64,000 nt of DNA from positions 1-64,000 of the IMG/VR virus record IMGVR_UViG_3300030060_005313; one strand, 5' to 3'. The DNA comes from a virus. This document shows positions 56,439 to 64,000 of this stretch, piece after piece. The first letter of the stretch is position 1. Every line of letters starts with the position of its first letter. The translations under genes were made by a program, and so were the position numbers. A model generated the notes under the pieces. The model ran no database searches and was not told the DNA's origin. It worked only from the letters and a program-made list of their open reading frames with translations.

Positions 56439-58478
56439 ATGACAAAGATAAAACACAATTTTAATCCGATGGCTTTACGAGAGAGACACTCTGCAAGTTC
56501 TCGGACTAACAACTATTCATCTTTTTGGTTAGATGAGGGTTGGGATACCACCGGTTCTATCTTCGATGATGAAGAGAAGAAAAAAGGTGTAGACTTAGTT
56601 GCATTGGCCTCTTATCGTAGAGCCATTAGTAATTTTGTTTCTATTGTAACCGGTGAGTCTGATATCAAAGTTACTTTCAATTCACATGGAGATAGTTATA
56701 CTGATGGTAAGTCAGTTGTTATCTCTTCTAAATTAGATGATAAACTATTTGACTCAACTGTTGGTTTGGCTCTTCACGAAGGTTCTCACATCAAACTATC
56801 AGATTTCGATTTTCTAAAAAATCTTACTGGTCACATACCAACCACACTACTCGATCAAGCTACTAAAATTGGTACTGACTATTTTACAGATGTTAAAAAT
56901 CTACTTAACTATGTAGAAGATAGGAGAATTGATTACTTTGTATTCTCAAACTCACCTGGTTATAAAGGTTACTATCATTCAATGTATGATAAGTATTTTC
57001 ATTCAAAAGTAATCGATAAGGCTCTCTTAACTACTGAATACACTTCATTAGATTTAGATTCATATATGTTCAGAATTATCAATCTTACTAATAAGAATTC
57101 AGACTTAGATGCTCTACCAGGTTTGAGAAAAATATACAATACTATCTTTAGCAAAGTAAAAACATTATCTTCAACCAGTGAGTCTTTCTACATCGCTTGT
57201 AAAGTTTATCAAATCATTTTAGATAACATTACTCCAAAGTCAAAAATTGATGGTAATCAGGTTCCACAACCATCTGATGATGGTAACGGTAATGAGTCTT
57301 TAGATTCCTCTGGTGATAGTAATGATACTAAAGATTCTTCCGAAGAATCTGTTTCTCAATCTCAACAACCTTCCGATAAACCAGAATTATCAGATAATCA
57401 GAAAAAGCAACTTGAAAATGCAATTAGAAAGCAAAAGAAATTTATGGATGGTGATATTCAAAAGAAAAAGTTGACTAAGAAAGATAAGGCGGCTATGGAT
57501 ACTGTTGAATCATCCGGTATGAGTTACGTTGATGTCGCTGGTGTTACTGATAGATGGACAGGTAAAAAGACTCCCACTAAGGTTTTGATGGTTAAAAAGT
57601 TCAACAAAGCTTTGGCTGAGTCTGATACAATCGGTATGATTTCTAATCCATCATATTCTTGGTATCGTGATGAAAACAAAGAAGCTATCGATAAGGGTTT
57701 GGTTATGGGTACTATCTTAGGTAGAAAGCTTCAGGTTCGTGGTGAGTCTCGTGAGACTAAGTGGTCTAGAAAAGATAGTGGTAGAATTGATAAGAGATTG
57801 ATTGCTGAGTTGGGTTTTGGTAATGATAGAATCTTCCACACTTCTTTTGTAGAACAATACTCAGATGCTTTCTTACATATCTCAGTTGACGCTAGTGGTT
57901 CGATGGGCGGAGATAAGTGGACAAATACTCAAACTTCAGTAGTCGCAATTGCTAAGGCTTGTTCAATGATAAACAATGTTGATTTAGTTATTTCATACAG
58001 AAGTACTCAAACTTCCGGTGGTAGATACAATAGAGGTGGTAAGACTTATCCACTAATGTTGATTGCTTATGATTCTAGAGTTGACAAAATTAACAAAATC
58101 AAAAATCTATTTCCTCTATTACATCCTGCAGGTACTACACCAGAGGGTTTATGTTTTGAGGCTGTGATGAAAGAAATTGAAGTTGGTTCAAATGATAAGG
58201 ATTCTTACTTTCTTAATTTTTCAGATGGGATGCCGATGTTTTCTAATGATGATATTGATTACAATTGGGATACGGCAATTAATCATACTTCTAAAATGGT
58301 TAAAGAAATCAAAGGTCGCGGTGTAAAAGTTCTTAGTTACTTTATCGGTGGTAGATATGATTCACATGACGAAAAAGGTACATTCACAAAAATGTACGGT
58401 TCTGATGCTGAGTACATCGATGTAACTTCTGTTCTTCCAGTTGCAAAAACAATGAATAAGAAATTCTTACAGAAGTAA
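56439..58478 (+). CDS. HExxH metallopeptidase-like + vWA domain protein (CobT-like)
   Basis: SYTDGK, LHEGSH, NYVEDRRID, acidic linker, MIDAS DASGSM, GTTPEG, FSDG. Confidence 0.88.
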   Translation: MTKIKHNFNPMALRERHSASSRTNNYSSFWLDEGWDTTGSIFDDEEKKKGVDLVALASYRRAISNFVSIVTGESDIKVTFNSHGDSYTDGKSVVISSKLDDKLFDSTVGLALHEGSHIKLSDFDFLKNLTGHIPTTLLDQATKIGTDYFTDVKNLLNYVEDRRIDYFVFSNSPGYKGYYHSMYDKYFHSKVIDKALLTTEYTSLDLDSYMFRIINLTNKNSDLDALPGLRKIYNTIFSKVKTLSSTSESFYIACKVYQIILDNITPKSKIDGNQVPQPSDDGNGNESLDSSGDSNDTKDSSEESVSQSQQPSDKPELSDNQKKQLENAIRKQKKFMDGDIQKKKLTKKDKAAMDTVESSGMSYVDVAGVTDRWTGKKTPTKVLMVKKFNKALAESDTIGMISNPSYSWYRDENKEAIDKGLVMGTILGRKLQVRGESRETKWSRKDSGRIDKRLIAELGFGNDRIFHTSFVEQYSDAFLHISVDASGSMGGDKWTNTQTSVVAIAKACSMINNVDLVISYRSTQTSGGRYNRGGKTYPLMLIAYDSRVDKINKIKNLFPLLHPAGTTPEGLCFEAVMKEIEVGSNDKDSYFLNFSDGMPMFSNDDIDYNWDTAINHTSKMVKEIKGRGVKVLSYFIGGRYDSHDEKGTFTKMYGSDAEYIDVTSVLPVAKTMNKKFLQK

Positions 58479-58663
58479 TGATTACTAAGGTTTTAAAATG
58501 GTTACACAACAGAAAACTAAACACGCCAATGTGTCCTTGTGGGTGGAAAATGATTCCATCCACTCGGAAACATTTTGAACAATATTGGACATGCAAATGG
58601 AAAGAATGCACTTGGGAAGCATTTGCGACAACAAGCTATAGAATTAGATTTTGGAAATCGTAA
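58478..58663 (+). CDS. Small zinc-finger protein
   Basis: CPCG...CKWKEC; TAATG overlap. Confidence 0.5.
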   Translation: MITKVLKWLHNRKLNTPMCPCGWKMIPSTRKHFEQYWTCKWKECTWEAFATTSYRIRFWKS

Positions 58664-58842
58664 ATGGGATTTTTACTACATTCAAAAATGGTTAGGGATA
58701 TGGTTCAAATTTTTCTAACAAAGTATATAGAAGAGTGTCGAGAAAATGATTCAACAGACCATACACAATTTGTAAAGGACTTATTCAAGTATTTGCGATA
58801 TGGAGAATTATCAAAAAACTTTAAAAAAAATGAAAAAAGTAC

Positions 58843-58872
58843 TTGACTCATGTGCAATTTTATTCGTAGCTT
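58843..58872 (+). promoter_or_regulatory. Early sigma70-type promoter
   Basis: TTGACT-N18-TAGCTT. Confidence 0.78.
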
Positions 58873-58877
58873 AAGGT

Positions 58878-60074
58878 ATGATTTTGAGAGATAAAACAAA
58901 CAACTTAACAAAAGGAAAAAACAATATGTCAAACGTTGTTGTAAAAATAGAAATGTCGGGTAACCGATATAATGCATGGGATGCTGATGGTAATAAATTC
59001 ACATCTCAAATTGGTAATGGTACTAGGAAAAGTGCCTTCCAAAAAGGTATGGCTCTTGAACAAAGAGTCAATAAAAATGGTAAAACTTTTTGGTGGAAAG
59101 TTCCGATGTCAGTTTTTGAGGCTTCCACCGCACCAGTAATCAATACCACTGGTATTGACATCCCTACCGATCATGAGGAAGTTTTGAACTTCATTCACAC
59201 TTCATATAACATCAAGCCACAAGGTTTAGTTATGAAAGAACTAAAGTGGAAGTACTTAGTTCGTTCTGCTGTTCGTGGTAAGAATATTCTGATGACAGGT
59301 CCTGCGGGTTGTGGTAAGACAATGGCAGCTAAGTCATTGGTTAACTCACTTGACAGACCAGACTTCTACTTCAACTTGGGTGCAACTCAAGACCCCAGAG
59401 CCACCTTGATTGGTAATGTACACTTCGATAAAAAGAAAGGTACTTACTTTTCAGAATCTCTGTTTGTCAAAGCGATTCAAACTCCAAATGCAGTTATCCT
59501 ATTGGACGAGTTGAGTCGAGCCCATCCTGATGCTTGGAATATTCTAATGACAGTTTTAGATAGTGGTCAGAGATATCTCAGACTTGATGAGTCTGATGGT
59601 CAAGACACTATCAATGTGGCTGAAGGTGTTACTTTTGTCGCTACTGCTAATATTGGAAATGAGTATACATCTACCAGAGTTATGGATAAGGCTCTAATGG
59701 ATAGATTCATTATTGTTGAGATGGATGTGTTGAACTCTGAAGAAGAACATGGATTACTTAACTATATGTTCCCTCATGTTGATTCAGACTTACTAAAGTC
59801 TGTCGCCGAGATTTCAACTTTGACTCGTAATGAGGCTAAGTCTGAGTCAGGTAGGTTGTCAACTGGTATTTCAACCAGAACTTCGGTTGAGATTGCTGGA
59901 CTACTCTTCGATGGTTTCAGATTAGATGAGGCGGCAGAAGTTACTGTCTATCCTCAGTTTTCTGATGATGGTGGACTTGAGTCTGAGAGAACTTATGTGA
60001 AGCAGTTGGTTCAAAAGTATGTTTCTGATGGTTCTTCCGATGACTTATTTAATGAAGAAGAGTTAGATTCTTAA
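58878..60074 (+). CDS. MoxR/CobS-like AAA+ ATPase (alternative start 58926)
   Basis: GPAGCGKT, LLDELSRA, ATANIG, MDKALMDRF, STR sensor. Confidence 0.92.
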   Translation: MILRDKTNNLTKGKNNMSNVVVKIEMSGNRYNAWDADGNKFTSQIGNGTRKSAFQKGMALEQRVNKNGKTFWWKVPMSVFEASTAPVINTTGIDIPTDHEEVLNFIHTSYNIKPQGLVMKELKWKYLVRSAVRGKNILMTGPAGCGKTMAAKSLVNSLDRPDFYFNLGATQDPRATLIGNVHFDKKKGTYFSESLFVKAIQTPNAVILLDELSRAHPDAWNILMTVLDSGQRYLRLDESDGQDTINVAEGVTFVATANIGNEYTSTRVMDKALMDRFIIVEMDVLNSEEEHGLLNYMFPHVDSDLLKSVAEISTLTRNEAKSESGRLSTGISTRTSVEIAGLLFDGFRLDEAAEVTVYPQFSDDGGLESERTYVKQLVQKYVSDGSSDDLFNEEELDS

Positions 60075-60083
60075 TTCTCTCTG

Positions 60084-60137
60084 AGACACCATACTGGTGT
60101 CTATGGGGGTCGGGTTTTTTCCTTTTTCCTGGCCCCC
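60084..60137 (+). other. Two tandem hairpins after the MoxR gene
   Basis: AGACACCA-tac-TGGTGTCT, then GGGGGTCGGG-ttttttccttttt-CCTGGCCCCC. Confidence 0.6.
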
Positions 60138-60166
60138 TAAAAAAATTAAAAAGGATGGAGTAAACG

Positions 60167-60454
60167 ATGAAGAAAAAAACGTGGAGTGATTACGAAACAT
60201 TTCTGGTAATTGCACATAAGACAAAAAATTTACCACCTAACTATACAGCATATTTACAGTATAAAGCCGTATTAGAATTTGTAACAGGTATAGCCAATAG
60301 TAATGGCGATGTATTTTCTTATAAAGGTAATATTTATAATAAGAAGATAACATCTGGTCAAGCTATGCATATTTTAAATGCACACAATAGTTGTAAGTTT
60401 GATTCTAATTTAATAATTTGTGCAAACCAGATTGGTGTACAATTCGGGAGATAA
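60167..60454 (+). CDS. Hypothetical protein
   Basis: GGAG SD, 95 aa. Confidence 0.55.
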   Translation: MKKKTWSDYETFLVIAHKTKNLPPNYTAYLQYKAVLEFVTGIANSNGDVFSYKGNIYNKKITSGQAMHILNAHNSCKFDSNLIICANQIGVQFGR

Positions 60455-60457
60455 GTT

Positions 60458-60844
60458 ATGGGTAAACAAGTAAAGAAACATGGATATAGTTGTAAGTTGG
60501 TTAGAGTGGTCGATGGTGACACTTGTGATGCTATGATAGATTTAGGATTTGATGTTTGGGTAAAAAACAGAATCAGATTTTATGGTGTTGATACTTGGGA
60601 AAGTAGAACCAGAGATTTAGAAGAAAAAGAAAAAGGTCTTGCTGCAAAAGCCTTCACTAAGGACCTTTTAGAAAATTCAGATGAAGGCAAGTTTTCAATC
60701 ATATCACATGGTAAAGGTAAATATGGTCGTGTACTTGGAGAGTTATTCGTTAAGGGACATGAAAAGTCAGTAAACGAATTACTCAAAGAACATGGACATG
60801 CCTATGAGTATCATGGGGAGAAGAAAAAAATATTTGGGAGTTAA
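60458..60844 (+). CDS. Thermonuclease (SNase-like)
   Basis: RVVDGDT, IRFYGVDTWE, KYGRVLG, VNELLKEHGHA. Confidence 0.88.
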   Translation: MGKQVKKHGYSCKLVRVVDGDTCDAMIDLGFDVWVKNRIRFYGVDTWESRTRDLEEKEKGLAAKAFTKDLLENSDEGKFSIISHGKGKYGRVLGELFVKGHEKSVNELLKEHGHAYEYHGEKKKIFGS

Positions 60845-61564
60845 AAAATGAGTGAAAGAGAAGAATCTGTCGTGCGGAGTCAGGCTATTCTCTTAATGAT
60901 GAGGAATTATTCAAAACCACGTATCATTAATAGAGTTGTGAAAAGATTTATAAGGTGTCTCAGGAATGGCCTGTGAAACAGATTAAATTAGAAGCAAAGG
61001 GAAAAAAAATATCTTTACTGGAGTTAAAACGAAAAGTTGGTCCTCCGGTAATAAATTTTAGAAAAAAAAGATAAGAGGTTATAATGCCAAAGAAAACAAA
61101 AGGTCAATTCGACCACTATAAAAAATGGACAACCGATGAAGGTTACACATTTGTAGCAGAAACTAAAAAAGATGCAATTGAGTATCTTAAACATATGGAA
61201 CATGCTGATTTAGGTAAACTCCGAGAAGTGACTAATGAAAGATAATTGTGTTTCCTGTAATGAAGAGACTATTTATAATAGAACGGACCATATTCATTTT
61301 AGAATAGGATATATTGAAGGTGCTGGTCAGTTATGTTTAGATTGTTATGACGAAATTTATGTAGGAGTTAAAAATGTCGATAAACCCAATGCAAAGGGAA
61401 ATCAAAAAAATAAAAAGTGAACTCTTTGAAATATCAAAGGGAATACATCAAATATTAGAATTGTTAAAAAAAGATGAAAAGTTTTCTGTACTAATAAAAG
61501 AAAGTGATACTACATCATTTTCTGATATGAGACACTTGATGGATTCTATGGAGGAAGAAGGATA

Positions 61565-61711
61565 ATGGCAAAGGCAAAAAGTTTTAACAATGAATCTAAA
61601 GAACAAAAGCGTAGAAAAAAGACTAGGCAAGGTTATGGACGTGGAACAAAATTTTCTACTAGAGTGGGTAGTAAAAGATTCAAGAAGAAACGACGAGGAC
61701 AGGGAAAATGA
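61565..61711 (+). CDS. 48-aa very basic protein ending RRGQGK (not in ORF track)
   Basis: AAGGA SD, TAATG and ATGA overlaps. Confidence 0.6.
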   Translation: MAKAKSFNNESKEQKRRKKTRQGYGRGTKFSTRVGSKRFKKKRRGQGK

Positions 61712-62033
61712 ATAGAAAAAGCTATAGAGTTTCAGAAACAATATCAACTGTCAATGGAACTCTTTATAAAGATGATTTAGTAGATTTTGAAAATATAGAG
61801 AGTAATGGTGATTGGAGAGTCAAAGATAAGATGGGTAAGATATGGTACATCAAAGAACAGCAACTTTCGTCTTCACCTGTAAGATTATCAAGAGAGGAGT
61901 CTAAAGATGAATAAATTAGAAAAAGTTATGGATGATTTCATCAGAATTATTTTAGGTGATAGAAGGGATGGTATCGATCGTAGAGTGAAAAAATCAAAAC
62001 GTAAACGCACTAGAAGAAAAGTGAGTAGACGAG

Positions 62034-62510
62034 ATGGATAGTAATTCCTTAGAAAAACGTATTTCTGATTTAGAGAAATTATCACATGAGCCACAAAACT
62101 ATCGTGAAAAATGCGAGGAGATGGAAAAAAGGATTGATAAGTTAGAAAGTAGAATAGACGAGTTTATGGATAATTGGGGACCTGATGTTCAGAGAAGGCG
62201 TGATGAAAGAGATGCAAGATGGGATGAGATGATTAGAGTTCTAACTGTTCAGGAAAGAAAAAGGGAAAAAGGGGAATTTGCAAAATATGATGGAGATGGT
62301 AAACCCCTCGACACAGCAGGATTTCCAATCAAGAAAATAAATTCATATTTGACTACTGATATAAAAGAAGTTGTAATGATTGGTGAGGAGGATGAAGATA
62401 AACAACATGACTTCGCTGAAGATTTAAAAGGTGATAGGTTGGTTAGCGAGTATAATAGAAATAGACCTTCTGAACAATGGGTAAAAAACGTAAATGAAAT
62501 TCCTAAGTAG
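62034..62510 (+). CDS. Coiled-coil hypothetical protein
   Basis: Repeated LEKRISDLEK / MEKRIDKLES. Confidence 0.6.
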   Translation: MDSNSLEKRISDLEKLSHEPQNYREKCEEMEKRIDKLESRIDEFMDNWGPDVQRRRDERDARWDEMIRVLTVQERKREKGEFAKYDGDGKPLDTAGFPIKKINSYLTTDIKEVVMIGEEDEDKQHDFAEDLKGDRLVSEYNRNRPSEQWVKNVNEIPK

Positions 62511-62817
62511 TTTTTTACTACTAACTTTTATATCCTGTACAAATTCACCAAATGGTGCTATTAATTTTAATACTACAGTATATTACATAGATGGTAAGTT
62601 CCATGAGGAAATACCTGAAGAATATATAATTAAGGCTTGGGGATATAGAATAACAGATGGTGTCGGTAAGGAACATACATACAGAGAAGAAGTTAACATA
62701 TCCCATCAGAGAAAAAGAACCATGTTTTGTACAATACATAGAAAATGGGAAGTAATAAAAGCTATGTATAATGGTAAAAAGTATCTTTACTGGGTATCAA
62801 ATCATAAACACAATTAG
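62494..62817 (+). CDS. Putative lipoprotein
   Basis: MKFLSSFLLLTFISC lipobox. Confidence 0.65.
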   Translation: MKFLSSFLLLTFISCTNSPNGAINFNTTVYYIDGKFHEEIPEEYIIKAWGYRITDGVGKEHTYREEVNISHQRKRTMFCTIHRKWEVIKAMYNGKKYLYWVSNHKHN

Positions 62818-62948
62818 GAGAAAATAATGGATATAGAGGCTTTAAATTATCTTGGATATGGAGAGGTATTCGAAATATCGTTATGGTTAGCGATTATGTA
62901 CGCAGGTAAATGTTATATAGATGATTTTTTCAATAGGAGATTAAAGTA

Positions 62949-63515
62949 ATGTTGGATAGTTTATTAGCTGGTGTGATGTTATTCAGTTCGTTTGCAGTTA
63001 GGACACCAAATGTGCAACCTAACCCTGATGACTACGAAGTCAGTATTGGTGCTAGTCACCCAACTTATTATTTCAATCGTCAATGGGAAAGAGAGTTGGG
63101 GACTAAGTATATTGATGATTTAGTTTGGGTTAAAATAGAAAATCATGTTTACTTTAAACCAGAATATATGAATAAAGAAAGCAAGAATGTTAAATATGCA
63201 AAGTTGGATTGGAGAAAAGAATGGCGAGGAACAACTTGGGGATTCACAACTCGTTCCATTGACGAAACTTTGAAACTATATGAAACATTTGCATCAGTAG
63301 GGTACACCAATAAAAAAACTTATTGGAAAAAGGTAGATGTTGAATTTTCTTTTGATGGGTATGCTCCACCTGAACAAAGTTTTGAGTATGAAAATAAATT
63401 CAAAGTTAGTTGGAAGCTGACAGATAAAGTTAGATTGTATAACTTAGGAGAAGTATCGAAATTAAAAGGTACTGAATTCTATAAAGCTAAGATAGGAATA
63501 GAGTATTCTTTATAA
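62949..63515 (+). CDS. Small outer-membrane beta-barrel-like protein
   Basis: Alternating aromatic strands, ends FYKAKIGIEYSL. Confidence 0.5.
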   Translation: MLDSLLAGVMLFSSFAVRTPNVQPNPDDYEVSIGASHPTYYFNRQWERELGTKYIDDLVWVKIENHVYFKPEYMNKESKNVKYAKLDWRKEWRGTTWGFTTRSIDETLKLYETFASVGYTNKKTYWKKVDVEFSFDGYAPPEQSFEYENKFKVSWKLTDKVRLYNLGEVSKLKGTEFYKAKIGIEYSL

Positions 63516-63538
63516 TCCGTTATATTTATATTTGTATA

Positions 63539-63871
63539 ATGGAGAAGTTTATGCCAGGTAAAAAATTGTATAGAGGAAATGAGGATAAAGTTATAGACCA
63601 AAAACATTTTATCAATACTAAGTTAGTAGAAATTATGGAGTACAGACAATCACGAAAGTGGTTTGTCAGTATTGCTGTAGTTGGTTTATTTTCTTTTATA
63701 CTTGCATTAATGATATACTTTATGGCTATGGGTAAGGATGTTACAGATGGGTGGAAAGAAATTTTACTGTTAATGTTGGGTGGCTTTGTAGGTTCATTTG
63801 CAAAAGTAATTGATTTCTGGTTTAACAATCAAGAAAATGACAATAAACTTTTAGAACATGCGGATGATTAA
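63539..63871 (+). CDS. Two-TM membrane protein (holin-like)
   Basis: Two TM helices, KVIDFWF motif; TATTTATA at 63523-63530 upstream. Confidence 0.55.
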   Translation: MEKFMPGKKLYRGNEDKVIDQKHFINTKLVEIMEYRQSRKWFVSIAVVGLFSFILALMIYFMAMGKDVTDGWKEILLLMLGGFVGSFAKVIDFWFNNQENDNKLLEHADD

Positions 63872-63873
63872 TT

Positions 63874-64000
63874 ATGAATATAGCAAGTATAGCTGGTCAC
63901 TTAGCATTTGGGCTAATAGCCTTTTCTTTTCTGGTCAAGGACATCTTATGGTTACGAGTTGTATCTATACTGGCGAGTCTCTTCTCAGTATTATATAATT
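63874..64000 (+). CDS. Membrane protein, Popeye/Crp-associated TM-like (3' truncated)
   Basis: MNIASIAGHLAFGLIAFSFLVKDILWLRVVSILASLFSVLYN. Confidence 0.55.
   Translation, partial: MNIASIAGHLAFGLIAFSFLVKDILWLRVVSILASLFSVLYN

Noticed and set aside
56439-60074. Cobalamin biosynthesis (cobS/cobT) auxiliary genes
   Set aside because: Motifs support only a generic MoxR AAA+/vWA pair; no cobN or other cob genes.
372-63828. Minus-strand and nested alternative-frame ORFs in the track (e.g. 372..740, 4220..4591, 30104..30448, 46424..46783, 63526..63828)
   Set aside because: They overlap well-supported plus-strand genes and lack SDs and recognisable motifs; treated as shadow ORFs.
1-64000. Stop-codon reassignment as in some large phages
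   Set aside because: Known genes are full length in code 11, and TAA, TGA and TAG all end genes at sensible positions.
1-64000. Cellular (bacterial or archaeal) chromosome
   Set aside because: T4-type PolB/clamp/loader order, one-strand dense small ORFs, repeated early promoters and absence of housekeeping genes indicate a phage. No capsid or terminase gene lies in this window to confirm it.

Overview
This 64 kb, AT-rich window is read almost entirely on the + strand and looks like part of a large T4-like (myovirus/jumbo) bacteriophage genome, probably marine, using the standard genetic code. In order: (1) a 5'-truncated TonB-dependent receptor; (2) a T4-type replisome cluster (PolB, sliding clamp, clamp loaders) interleaved with two Mom-like adenine-modification genes and a nucleotide-modification-associated protein; (3) a ~16 kb glycan locus (glycosyltransferases, sulfotransferase, ATP-grasp, PIG-L deacetylase, FnlA/FnlB-like enzymes, methyltransferase, kinase-GT fusion); (4) a gene-poor region at ~29.9-33.4 kb with a degenerate HNH gene, paired TG[A/T]CA boxes and a candidate structured ncRNA; (5) an early host-takeover region of small genes behind repeated TTGACT-N17/18-TAGCTT promoters (15 copies in the window); (6) ferredoxin, dUTPase, MazG-like and UvsE genes; (7) a cluster of very basic, Glu-linked modular proteins, several sharing an MIKL-x-x-LL-(x)-E leader (candidate capsid-packaged polyproteins); (8) PhoH, then an envelope module with a beta-barrel, lipoprotein, MshEN-domain membrane protein, thioredoxin-like protein and four type IV pilins behind a sigma54-type promoter; (9) a vWA/MoxR pair, a thermonuclease and more membrane proteins. 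The best candidates for undescribed systems are the pilin/MshEN/sigma54 module, the Glu-linked polyproteins, and the ncRNA with an anti-Shine-Dalgarno loop alongside in-frame leaderless starts. All family calls come from motif recognition by eye, not database searches.
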